From Candidatus Pacearchaeota archaeon (lineage in GTDB: Archaea; Nanobdellota; Nanobdellia; Pacearchaeales; GW2011-AR1), in the NCBI GenBank assembly GCA_038869535.1, contig JAWCQY010000002.1, positions 1 to 48,462 on the forward strand: a stretch of 48,462 nucleotides of DNA, given 5' to 3'. How positions within the stretch are numbered: position 1 is the stretch's first letter; every line of letters starts with the position of its first letter. Below, one piece after another: positions 7,705 through 16,836 of the stretch. Below the pieces are notes generated by a model, which was not told the DNA's origin, searched no databases, and worked only from the letters and a program-made list of their open reading frames with translations. The translations under genes and the position numbers were made by a program.

Positions 7705-9018
7705 ATGGCTTATGATATAATAATAGGGAGGGATGCCACAGATAAAAAACTTTTTGGGGATAAAGGATTAATATTTATAGGGAAAGGTTATGTTCGTATG
7801 GGGCAGTATATTTCTCAAAGCAATAGAATTTTAATGGATGTAGCAAGAAGCCATGTTGTTCTTGTAGCCGGAAAGAGGGGGAGTGGTAAATCTTATACTT
7901 TGGGGGTTATTGCAGAAGAAATTTCAAGCCTTCCTAAAGATATAAGTCAAAATATTGCTTCATTAATTTTTGATACTATGGGGATTTATTGGACAATGAA
8001 ATTTAAAAACGAAAAAGATAAGGAAATTCTTGCAGAATATGGATTAAAACCAAAAAATCTTCCAATTAGGATCTTCGTTCCATTTGGATATTATAACTCT
8101 TATCTTGAAAAAGGAATTCCGGTGGATGAATCATTTGCTTTAGATGTTAAAGAATTAACCCCTGAAGATTGGATTTTAACTTTTGGCCTGGATATTATAA
8201 ATCCCGTTTCAATTTTGATTCAGAGAACTATCTCAAAACTAAAAGAGTATGAAAATTTTGATATAAATGATATAATAATGGAAATCAAAGAAGATATTTT
8301 AACTTCCGAAGAAACAAAAAATGCCGCGATTAGCTTATTTGATGCAGCAAACACATGGGGTGTCTTTGCAAATAAGGGTATGGAAGCAACATCAATAAAA
8401 GAAATTGTTTTTGGAGGAGAGACAACTATCTTAGATCTAAGTATTTATAATTCTGTTGGAACCTTTAATATTCGTGCACTTGTGATAAGTTTATTATCAA
8501 GAAAGATATTTAACCAAAGAATGGAAGTTCGAAAGTCGGAGGAGATTAATTCTGTTTCTAGGGGGCTTGAACTTTTGTCATCTATAGGAAAAAAAGAATA
8601 TCCGTTAATCTGGATCTTTATAGATGAAGCTCATGAATTCCTTCCAATAAATCAAAAAACAGTTGCAACAGACGCTTTAATCCAATTGTTGAGAGAGGGA
8701 AGACAACCGGGTATTTCCATTGTTTTAGCTACACAACAACCAGGAAAAATACATACAGATGTTATGACCCAGTCAGATATTGTAATTGCACATAGGGTAA
8801 CTTCAAAAACAGACATTGAAGCTTTAAATTTTATTATGCAATCTTATGTTTTGGAAAGCATAAAAAAGCATATGGATGATTTACCTACATTAAAAGGCAG
8901 CGCCATTATTCTGGATGATAATTCTGAAAGGATTTACCCAATGAGGATCAGACCAAGATTTACATGGCACGGGGGAGAATCACCGACTGCGATAAAAGCT
9001 GAAAAGAAGAGGCTATAA
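7705..9018 (+). CDS. HerA-like (DUF87, HerA/FtsK superfamily) P-loop ATPase
   Basis: Walker A AGKRGSGKSY, Walker B WIFIDEAHEF and ATQQPGKI..SDIVIAHRV, typical of HerA/DUF87 ATPases. The ATG at 7705 is preferred over the TTG at 7699. Confidence 0.7.
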   Translation: MAYDIIIGRDATDKKLFGDKGLIFIGKGYVRMGQYISQSNRILMDVARSHVVLVAGKRGSGKSYTLGVIAEEISSLPKDISQNIASLIFDTMGIYWTMKFKNEKDKEILAEYGLKPKNLPIRIFVPFGYYNSYLEKGIPVDESFALDVKELTPEDWILTFGLDIINPVSILIQRTISKLKEYENFDINDIIMEIKEDILTSEETKNAAISLFDAANTWGVFANKGMEATSIKEIVFGGETTILDLSIYNSVGTFNIRALVISLLSRKIFNQRMEVRKSEEINSVSRGLELLSSIGKKEYPLIWIFIDEAHEFLPINQKTVATDALIQLLREGRQPGISIVLATQQPGKIHTDVMTQSDIVIAHRVTSKTDIEALNFIMQSYVLESIKKHMDDLPTLKGSAIILDDNSERIYPMRIRPRFTWHGGESPTAIKAEKKRL

Positions 9019-9275
9019 AAAAAATTTATTAGAAAATTATATTTAAGGAATAATAAAAAATAATTTACTTTTTATTAATCTTCAAAAAATAAAAAATTTT
9101 TCCAAAAGCTTATGCATATTTGTGTAAGAAATTTTATTTTATGAATCGGATAAAATATGTTTAATAAATCTTAATAGAAAAAATCAATCCAATAATAATT
9201 ATAAAAACTAGAAAAAAGATGATATTTTTTCAATTAAATATTTTATATTGATTCTACCTAATTTTCTATTCAACT

Positions 9276-10061
9276 TTACAAAACCTTAAAATCTATTCTA
9301 ACCCTGAATTTGTAAGGAGCAATTTCGCCGGCTTTTTTAACTTTTAATATTTTTATTTTCTTTCCTGATTTTTTGGCTTCTAAATTTACCTTATTAACAA
9401 TTTTTTTAATATCTTCCTGCTTACAAAAATCATAATAATAAATCATTGTATTTTTTTTAGAAAAAAGAAAAGCTTCTTTCAAGAAAGAATCTTTAAGTTG
9501 TGGGCGTGGCATAATGATATAGTCGAATTTTTGTTTAATCTTTTTAAAAACTTTTTTAATACTACCCTGAATAATTTCAACTTTATTTTTGACCTTATTT
9601 AATTCGATATTAATTTTTGCATATTTATTTGCTTCTCTATTAATTTCGATAGCTATTATTTTTTTGGCTCTAGATTTTTTTGCAATAACAATGGGGTATG
9701 GACCAACACCTGAAAACATAACGAGGACATTACCGCTTCCTTTTATCATAGAAGCAATTTCTTTTCTTTCATTACTTAATCGAGGAGAAAAATATGTTTT
9801 ATCAATATTAAATCTAAAAATACATCCGTTTTCTCTATATAATACTTCCTTTGTCTTCTCGCCAGCAATCCATTTTGTTTTTTGCTTTCTAAGTCTGCCT
9901 TTGAAACCTTGTATTTTTTCCAAAACAGTTTTTATTGAACGGTTACTTTCGATTAATTTTTCTGCGAATTTTTTCTTATTTTTCATAGGTGTTCCTTTTG
10001 GGAACTTAACTAGCGCGATATTTCCCAGTACATCAAAAGAACGCGGTAGATTCTTAATCAT
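9276..10061 (-). CDS. trm5: tRNA (guanine37-N1)-methyltransferase Trm5-like (Met-10 domain)
   Basis: PRSFDVLGNIALVKF (start of D2), SAM-binding MFSGVGPYPI and AIEIN..A. At 261 aa it appears to lack the N-terminal D1 domain. Confidence 0.7.
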   Translation of the reverse strand: MIKNLPRSFDVLGNIALVKFPKGTPMKNKKKFAEKLIESNRSIKTVLEKIQGFKGRLRKQKTKWIAGEKTKEVLYRENGCIFRFNIDKTYFSPRLSNERKEIASMIKGSGNVLVMFSGVGPYPIVIAKKSRAKKIIAIEINREANKYAKINIELNKVKNKVEIIQGSIKKVFKKIKQKFDYIIMPRPQLKDSFLKEAFLFSKKNTMIYYYDFCKQEDIKKIVNKVNLEAKKSGKKIKILKVKKAGEIAPYKFRVRIDFKVL

Positions 10062-10148
10062 AATAAAAAAAAATAGCTCATGTTTATAAATATTAGATTT
10101 TTGACTCCCTCTATCTTCAGATATTAACCTAATTTTTATATGATCTCG

Positions 10149-11192
10149 TTAACTAATCCAATGATTAAGTCCCTTCTGTTTTCTTTCTTCACGAATTTCT
10201 CTAAGTTTTTCAAGATGTTTTTCAACTCTCTCATTCGAAAAATCATGTTCGTCAATAAGAATTTTCTTTATTTTATTATTATCAATCTTATTAAATTTAA
10301 TTGGAATATTTTTGACATTTGGCTGATGAAAAAGTTGGAATATCTCCTTCCAATCAAATTGGTATTCTTCTGGTAAACTATTCATTTGTTCTTCTATACT
10401 CTTAAAAATTAGAATTGGTTGTTTGTATTTTCTAACAATATCTAAAGCTTTTTTTTGGCCTATCCCAGGAATTCCTTTAGGATTATAATCTGTTCCGACT
10501 AATATCCCTAAACAGATTAGTTGATCTAAGTTTATCTCTAGTATATTCAAAACTTTATCAAGTTCAATAATTTCCGGTCTTATCTCCACCCAACCAGAAA
10601 AAGTTTTCCTTTTTTTTGCCAGACCTAAATTTCTTACGAGTCTTGGGGCCCCAAAAAGTAGAGAATCATAATCCTGGCTGACTGTTGCATAGACTTCTTT
10701 GTTTATTTTATTGAGGTATGCGGCTTCTGCTTCACCTTCACTAGGAGCCTGAATAACAGCTATCCCCATAGCCATCAAAAGTTCTTTACTTTCTGATATC
10801 ATTTCTTCATTAAGTTTTATGAGTTGTGAAGAATATCTTTTCATCGCACCAAAATCTCCAATTTCTTCAGCTTCTTTATACCTATCTTGTGCAATGTCTC
10901 TAATAGCTTCTCTAATTTTTCTTGTTTCTTCTTTTAATTCAGGAGGTTTTCCATCAAAAACATAAACAAGCTTTATACCTTCTGATAAAAGATGAATGTT
11001 CCTGTAAAAAATACCGGATAAATGGGAGGTTACGCGGTTTTTATTATCCATTAAAGGGGTTCCATCAGGTTGTCTTATAGTCGAAAGAAATTGATAAAGC
11101 ATATTGTAAGCATCAACACAAACCGTTTTTCCCTTTAAATAACTAATTTCAATCTCTTTTCTTGGTATTATGTCTTTTATGTTAAGACCCAT
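10149..11192 (-). CDS. fen: Flap endonuclease 1
   Basis: MGLNIKDIIP..LKGKTVCVDAYNMLYQFLSTIRQPDGTPLMD, the XPG-N/XPG-I layout, an H3TH region GIPGIGQKKA and a C-terminal PIP box QKGLNHWI. Confidence 0.95.
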   Translation of the reverse strand: MGLNIKDIIPRKEIEISYLKGKTVCVDAYNMLYQFLSTIRQPDGTPLMDNKNRVTSHLSGIFYRNIHLLSEGIKLVYVFDGKPPELKEETRKIREAIRDIAQDRYKEAEEIGDFGAMKRYSSQLIKLNEEMISESKELLMAMGIAVIQAPSEGEAEAAYLNKINKEVYATVSQDYDSLLFGAPRLVRNLGLAKKRKTFSGWVEIRPEIIELDKVLNILEINLDQLICLGILVGTDYNPKGIPGIGQKKALDIVRKYKQPILIFKSIEEQMNSLPEEYQFDWKEIFQLFHQPNVKNIPIKFNKIDNNKIKKILIDEHDFSNERVEKHLEKLREIREERKQKGLNHWIS

Positions 11193-11321
11193 AATAATAG
11201 TTATACAAACATAATTAAATAATTATCGTATTGAGCACCATCTATTTAAATAAAGAAAATTTATTAAAATTATAATTTATAAAACTTTAAACTTTAAATA
11301 ATTGAAATCTTTTTTAAAATT

Positions 11322-13808
11322 ATGATAAAAACAGATTTTTTACCTATAGATTATTCTTACTTTGATTATGAAGGAAAAAATTATATAAAAATAATAGGTA
11401 GAAATAATTCTGGAAAAAGAATTTGTTTAATTGATACCTGTCCCGTATATTTGTGGGCAATAGTCAAAGACGAAGTAAAAAAAAGTGAGGTAGATCTATT
11501 AATTGAAAAAATTAGTAAAATTAATCTTGATATAAAAGGTAGAAAAACAAAAGTGGAAAAGGTTGAGCTTCATAAAAAAAAATTTTTAGGCCAACCGGTA
11601 AACGCTTTAAAAATATTCGCAACAAACTATAAGGATTTACACGATATAGCGGATGAATTAGGATTTCCCGAAATAAAATATCGGCGGGGATATGATTTAG
11701 GATTTGTAACACATTATATAATTGAGTCAAAAATACTTCCTTTGCAATGGTATGAAATAGAGGGAGAAATCTTACAAAATAGCTTAGAATTTGGAGGTAT
11801 CGACTCTACTCTAGATGTTGATATGTGTATAAAAGTTTCTTCTGTAAAAAAAATAAAAGAAAAAAATTTTATTCCAAAAGTTCTTGCTTTTGATATTGAA
11901 ACGGAAGAGTTCCAAATTGGTAAAGGAAAAATTTTGATGATATCCCTTGTTTCCAAAAATTTTAAAAAAGTAATAACAATAAAAAAACCTAAAAGAAATA
12001 TAAATTTAGATTTTGTTGAGTACGTAAAAGATGAAATTTCATTAATTAAAAAATTTGTTGAGTATACTAAAAAGATATCCCCGGATTTTCTTGTAGGATA
12101 TTTTTCTGATGGATTTGATATGGCCTATATAAAAGCAAGGGCTGATATAAATAAAATCAAACTTCCCCTAGGATTAGATAATAGTCAGCCAATATTCTAT
12201 AAAGGAGCAGTTATTACATGCAGAATTAATGGAATTGTTCATATAGATTTACTTAAATTTATAGATTCTGCGTATTCGCAATATATGCAATCAGAAACTT
12301 TATCATTAAATGATGTTTCATGGGAGTTTCTTAATGAAAGGAAGAAAGATTTTGAATTTAAATCTTTAAGGAATATGTCGGATAACGATTGGAAAAATTA
12401 TTTTGAATACAACTTACAAGATTCCGATTTAACCTACAAGCTTTTTTTAAAACTTTGGCCCGACATAATGGCTTTTTCTAAAGTGATACAAGAACCAGTT
12501 TTTGAAATATCAAGAAATGGTATGTCAAAGAATGTAGAATCTTTCATTCTTCATAATCTTGAGAGGTTTAACGAAATACCCGAAAGAAGACCAACAAATG
12601 ATGAAGTTAAAGAAAGGATGCGATTAGAAAAATATGAAGGGGCTTTTGTTTTTCAGCCAACGCCAGGACTTTACGAAAATATTGCCGTCTTTGATTTTAC
12701 CAGCAGTTATGGAAGTACTATTGTAACTTATAATCTATCAAAATCAACTTATATAGAAAACCCAAATAAGATAAAATCAGAAAAAGAAGTATATAGCATA
12801 GAAGTATTGGGAAAAAAAGTTTATTTTACAAAAAAACCGGGTTTCTTTCCAGAAATGTTAAAAGAGATAATCCTATTAAGGAAAAAATATAAACAAGAAT
12901 TAAAAAGCAAAGAGGATGCACTAACTGCTGCGAGAAGTAATGCCTTTAAACTTTTGGCAAATGCTTCTTATGGTTATCAAGGGTTTTTTGGTGCAAGGTA
13001 TTATTGTAGAGAAGCGGCAGCAGCAACCGCAGCTTTTGCTAGAAAAGCTATTCAAAATTCAATAAAAGCTATTAATGAAGAGGGTTATACTGTAATATAT
13101 AGTGATACAGATTCTATCGCTTTTCTTTTAAACAATAAAACGGAAAAAGAAACAATTGATTTTTTAAGAAAGCTTAACGAAAAACTTCCAGGTATAATGG
13201 AGCTTGAACTTGAAGGTTTTTTTAAGCGTGGGATATGGGTCACAAAAAGAACAGGAGGTATCGGTGCAAAGAAAAAATATGCATTAATTGAAAATAGTGG
13301 TAGATTAAAGATCAGAGGTTTTGAAACTGTTAGGAGGGATTGGTGTAAACTTGCAAGAGAAACTCAAAATAGGATTTTAAGAATGATTTTAGAAGAAGGA
13401 AATGAAAAAAAGGCACTTGAATATGTAAGGGAGATTATAAAAAGAATAAAGGAAAGAAAAGTTGAAAGAAGAGACCTTCTAATAAGGACACAATTAAGAA
13501 AGTCTTTATCGGAATATAAAGCAATTTCTCCCCATGTTATCGCAGCCCAAAAAATGCAAGAGCAGAAAATTCCTATTGATGAAGGCGCTTTAATTGAATA
13601 CTTTATCGCTGAAACGCGTGAAAAAAAGAAACTTATAAGAGAAAAAGTTAAATTGGCTAATGAAAAAGGCGAATATGATATAGAATATTATCTTGAGCAT
13701 CAGATTCTACCTGCCATAGAAAATATATTTCAGGTTTTTAATGTGGACGTTAATGAATTAATTCGAGATAAGAAACAAAAAAAATTATTAGATTTTAGCA
13801 AGGAATGA
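11322..13808 (+). CDS. polB: Family B DNA polymerase
   Basis: Exo I FDIETEE, motif A FDFTSSYGS (a divergent form of DxxSLYPS), motif B KLLANASYGY and motif C YSDTDS. 828 aa with no intein. C-terminal PIP-like QKKLLDFS. Confidence 0.95.
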   Translation: MIKTDFLPIDYSYFDYEGKNYIKIIGRNNSGKRICLIDTCPVYLWAIVKDEVKKSEVDLLIEKISKINLDIKGRKTKVEKVELHKKKFLGQPVNALKIFATNYKDLHDIADELGFPEIKYRRGYDLGFVTHYIIESKILPLQWYEIEGEILQNSLEFGGIDSTLDVDMCIKVSSVKKIKEKNFIPKVLAFDIETEEFQIGKGKILMISLVSKNFKKVITIKKPKRNINLDFVEYVKDEISLIKKFVEYTKKISPDFLVGYFSDGFDMAYIKARADINKIKLPLGLDNSQPIFYKGAVITCRINGIVHIDLLKFIDSAYSQYMQSETLSLNDVSWEFLNERKKDFEFKSLRNMSDNDWKNYFEYNLQDSDLTYKLFLKLWPDIMAFSKVIQEPVFEISRNGMSKNVESFILHNLERFNEIPERRPTNDEVKERMRLEKYEGAFVFQPTPGLYENIAVFDFTSSYGSTIVTYNLSKSTYIENPNKIKSEKEVYSIEVLGKKVYFTKKPGFFPEMLKEIILLRKKYKQELKSKEDALTAARSNAFKLLANASYGYQGFFGARYYCREAAAATAAFARKAIQNSIKAINEEGYTVIYSDTDSIAFLLNNKTEKETIDFLRKLNEKLPGIMELELEGFFKRGIWVTKRTGGIGAKKKYALIENSGRLKIRGFETVRRDWCKLARETQNRILRMILEEGNEKKALEYVREIIKRIKERKVERRDLLIRTQLRKSLSEYKAISPHVIAAQKMQEQKIPIDEGALIEYFIAETREKKKLIREKVKLANEKGEYDIEYYLEHQILPAIENIFQVFNVDVNELIRDKKQKKLLDFSKE

Positions 13809-13853
13809 TCTTATATAAAAACTTAAAAACTTTATTACCTAAATGGATATATT

Positions 13854-14276
13854 ATGTCCAAAGAACTTTCTAATCTCATAAAAGAAATAAATTCTATAAA
13901 AAATTTTTCAGATAGAAAAGGTATAATGATCAAAAATTTCTTAAAAAGATTTGAAAAAGGGGTGATGGACGAACCAGAGAGAATAGGGGACTTTATAAAC
14001 TCTTTAGATAAATTAATAAAAAAAAGTCTACCTTATAAAGATGCAAGTTCGAGACAATCTTTTATTTTGAGAAATCTTTTTGAATATGGTTTTATCATAG
14101 ATAATAATCTTTATGGGGTAAACTTTGATGATATATTATTTTCTAATGAATTCTTGATTAATTACTTAATAAAACCTCTAGCATATGGCTCTATAACAAG
14201 AACTTTATCTGATTTTTTAGGACTTGAGGGAGTAAGTTTATTAATAAAAATTTATCGTCCATATGATCTGAATTAG
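13854..14276 (+). CDS. Hypothetical protein
   Basis: 140-aa ORF, 45 nt after polB on the same strand. No motif recognised. Confidence 0.5.
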   Translation: MSKELSNLIKEINSIKNFSDRKGIMIKNFLKRFEKGVMDEPERIGDFINSLDKLIKKSLPYKDASSRQSFILRNLFEYGFIIDNNLYGVNFDDILFSNEFLINYLIKPLAYGSITRTLSDFLGLEGVSLLIKIYRPYDLN

Positions 14277-14282
14277 AGTGAG

Positions 14283-15245
14283 ATGAAAGCCCCAAAACTA
14301 AAACCTCTTCTTGAGGAAAGAATGAAGAAACTTCTTTCAATTAAAAAAGATTTTAATAGGTTTCTTGAAATAATAAAACAAGAGCCGCAGAATTCAATTC
14401 GTTGTAACACCTTAAAGATAGACCCGGAAAATCTAAGATTAAGATTAAATAAAAGGGGATGGATTGTGGAACAACCTTTTAGAGAATATCCAGAAGTTAT
14501 GATAGTAAAGAATGAATTACTTCCCGGCGAATTAGGAAGAAGTATTGAGCATCTTCTTGGTTATTATTATGTTCAGGAAATAGCAAGCATACTTCCTGCT
14601 ATTGTATTAAATCCAAAATCCGGAGAGAGAATATTAGATTTAGCAGCTTCTCCCGGTTCAAAAACAACACAAATTTCTGCTCTGATGAGAAATAAGGGAA
14701 CAATAATTGCTAACGAGGTAAATCTTGGTAGAATCAAAATTCTTGCATCAAATTTGGAACGTTGTGGCGTATCTAATGTTATAATAACAAAAAAAGAAGG
14801 GGCCGCATTATGTAAAAAATTAAAGGAAAAGGGGTTTTTGTTTGATAGGATACTTCTTGATGCTCCTTGTTCCGGTGAAGGAACATTAAGAAGCAATTTT
14901 AAAACAGCATTAATGTGGAACATAAACATGGTTAGAAAAATGGCTGGTATACAAAAGAATCTTTTACAATCTTCTATTGAAATTTTAAAAAAAGGGGGCG
15001 TTTTAGTTTATAGTACATGCACTCATGCTCCAGAAGAAAACGAAGAAGTTTTGGATTTTGCATTAAGAAAGTTTAAAGGAATAATCGAAATTGAAAAGAT
15101 TAATCTTCCGCTTAAATTTAGACCAGGGATAACATCTTGGAATAATAAAAATTATGATAAGTCAATAGAAAAATGTTGTCGAATTTATCCCCATGAAAAC
15201 AACACTGAAGGATTTTTTATTGCAAAATTGAAAAAAATAAGATAA
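14283..15245 (+). CDS. NOL1/NOP2/Sun-family RNA cytosine-C5 methyltransferase
   Basis: SAM motif DLAASPGSKTT and catalytic Cys motifs DAPCSGEG and YSTCT. Confidence 0.85.
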   Translation: MKAPKLKPLLEERMKKLLSIKKDFNRFLEIIKQEPQNSIRCNTLKIDPENLRLRLNKRGWIVEQPFREYPEVMIVKNELLPGELGRSIEHLLGYYYVQEIASILPAIVLNPKSGERILDLAASPGSKTTQISALMRNKGTIIANEVNLGRIKILASNLERCGVSNVIITKKEGAALCKKLKEKGFLFDRILLDAPCSGEGTLRSNFKTALMWNINMVRKMAGIQKNLLQSSIEILKKGGVLVYSTCTHAPEENEEVLDFALRKFKGIIEIEKINLPLKFRPGITSWNNKNYDKSIEKCCRIYPHENNTEGFFIAKLKKIR

Positions 15246-15275
15246 TAGGATTAGAGTGGCATTGCTTAAAATAAA

Positions 15276-15740
15276 ATGAGAATAAAAATACTTTCCAAAT
15301 CTGAAAAAAATAAAATTTTAAAAAAACTCGAAGAACAATTTGGCATAAAAGAGATTAATGGCAAAGTAATTATGTTAGGAAAAGAGAGACTGTTTTTATT
15401 TACAGGGGATCTTGATGAAAAACAAATAAAAATCTTTGAAGATTCCGCACAGATTGAGAAAATAGGAATTTATTTTGCAAAAATTATAAAAGACGAGATA
15501 AAATTGAGTATAGAAGGAACTCAGATTTTTGCTTCACAAATAAATAAAAATATAATAGAAGTTAACGAACAACAAGCAAAAGAATGGATGTCTGGAGCTG
15601 ATTTATACATCAAGACGGAAAAATTGGGTTTTGTAATAATAAAATATGGAGATGATTTTCTTGGTTGTGGGAGAGCTTCCGAAAACAAAATAGGTAATTT
15701 TGTTCCAAAGGCAAGAAGGCTCAAACAAAAAATTATTTAA
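15276..15740 (+). CDS. Nip7-like (UPF0113) protein with C-terminal PUA domain
   Basis: 154 aa. The layout and the C-terminal GFVIIKYGDDFLGCGRAS..KIGNFVPK resemble the Nip7 PUA domain (GVVVYS..PLGFG in eukaryotic Nip7). It lies directly downstream of the NSUN gene. Confidence 0.55.
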   Translation: MRIKILSKSEKNKILKKLEEQFGIKEINGKVIMLGKERLFLFTGDLDEKQIKIFEDSAQIEKIGIYFAKIIKDEIKLSIEGTQIFASQINKNIIEVNEQQAKEWMSGADLYIKTEKLGFVIIKYGDDFLGCGRASENKIGNFVPKARRLKQKII

Positions 15741-15773
15741 ATAATATAAAAATTATTCATTTTTCTAAAAAAT

Positions 15774-16814
15774 ATGACAGAAAAACAATACGGCGGGATA
15801 ACGGGTAGGGGAATAGGAAAAATAGGCAATAATATAGATAAGAGTATAAAAAAAGATATGATTAAACAAAATAGAGTAAATAGTGAGTTAGATTACTATA
15901 CTAATAAAAACAAAATTAAAGAAGAACCTTTTTTTGATAAAGAAAAAATAATAAAAGCCGGAAAGATAGCAAGTGAAGTCAAAAAGTATGCGAGAGAAAT
16001 TATAAAACCAGGGATTAATCTACTTGAGATAGCAGAAGCAATAGAGACAAAAATTAATGAACTTGGTGGGAAACCAGCATTCCCCGTAAATTTGAGTATT
16101 AATAATATTGCAGCTCATTATACCCCCAACTATGATGATAAACTTTTGGCTTATGGATTACTTAAAGTTGATTTTGGTGTTCATGTTGATGGGTGGATTG
16201 CTGACAACTCTTTTTCCATTGATTTAGAAAACAAAGAAGAAAACAAAAAATTGATTAAAGCTTCTGAAGAAGCTTTAAGTAGTGCACTCAAAATATTAAG
16301 GTTGAATACCCCAACAAATAAAATTGGTCAAGTAATCTCTGAAACAATAGAGTTGCATGGTTTTAATCCTATAGTAAATCTTTCTGGACATAGTATGGAC
16401 TATTATAAACTACATGCAGGAATTAATATCCCAAATATAAATGATAATAAACAGATTATTCTTAAAGAAGGACTATATGCTATAGAGCCCTTTGCAACAA
16501 ATGGTTCTGGAAAGATACACGAAGGAAAACCTTCTGGAATCTATGAGCTTAGGTCAGAAAAAACTCCACGAAGTCAAACAGCTCGCGAAGTTCTTGAATT
16601 TATAAAAAAAGAATATAAAACATTACCCTTCTGTTCTCGTTGGATTGTTAAAAAATTTGGATTAAGAGCTTTATTTGGGTTAAAAAATTTGGAGGATAAT
16701 GGTAATCTTTATCAGTTCTCACAATTAGTCGAAATTTCTAATGCAAAGGTTAGTCAGGCAGAACAAACGATTCTAATAACAAATAGTGGAGAGGTTATTA
16801 TCACGACTTTATAA
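15774..16814 (+). CDS. map: Methionine aminopeptidase, type 2
   Basis: Metal and substrate motifs AAHYTPN, DFGVHVDGWIADNSFS, LSGHSM, YAIEPFATNG and AQAEQTILIT. The conserved core (KAGKIASEV) is preceded by a basic extension of about 55 aa, or at least 27 aa if the start is at M29. Confidence 0.9.
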   Translation: MTEKQYGGITGRGIGKIGNNIDKSIKKDMIKQNRVNSELDYYTNKNKIKEEPFFDKEKIIKAGKIASEVKKYAREIIKPGINLLEIAEAIETKINELGGKPAFPVNLSINNIAAHYTPNYDDKLLAYGLLKVDFGVHVDGWIADNSFSIDLENKEENKKLIKASEEALSSALKILRLNTPTNKIGQVISETIELHGFNPIVNLSGHSMDYYKLHAGINIPNINDNKQIILKEGLYAIEPFATNGSGKIHEGKPSGIYELRSEKTPRSQTAREVLEFIKKEYKTLPFCSRWIVKKFGLRALFGLKNLEDNGNLYQFSQLVEISNAKVSQAEQTILITNSGEVIITTL

Positions 16815-16836
16815 TATCTTTGATAATTTTAATAAT

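Noticed and set aside
9589-10089. A 166-aa ORF antisense to trm5, the longest shadow ORF.
   Set aside because: The sense frame carries Trm5/Met-10 SAM-binding motifs. The antisense product is a hydrophobic, low-complexity artefact of AT-rich codon usage.
11322-13808. Inteins in polB, rfcS, cdc48 or topA.
   Set aside because: The conserved motifs are contiguous and protein lengths are at or below typical intein-free sizes.
14573-14929. A 118-aa ORF antisense to the NSUN methyltransferase.
   Set aside because: The sense frame has all NSUN catalytic motifs, and the antisense ORF has no independent support.
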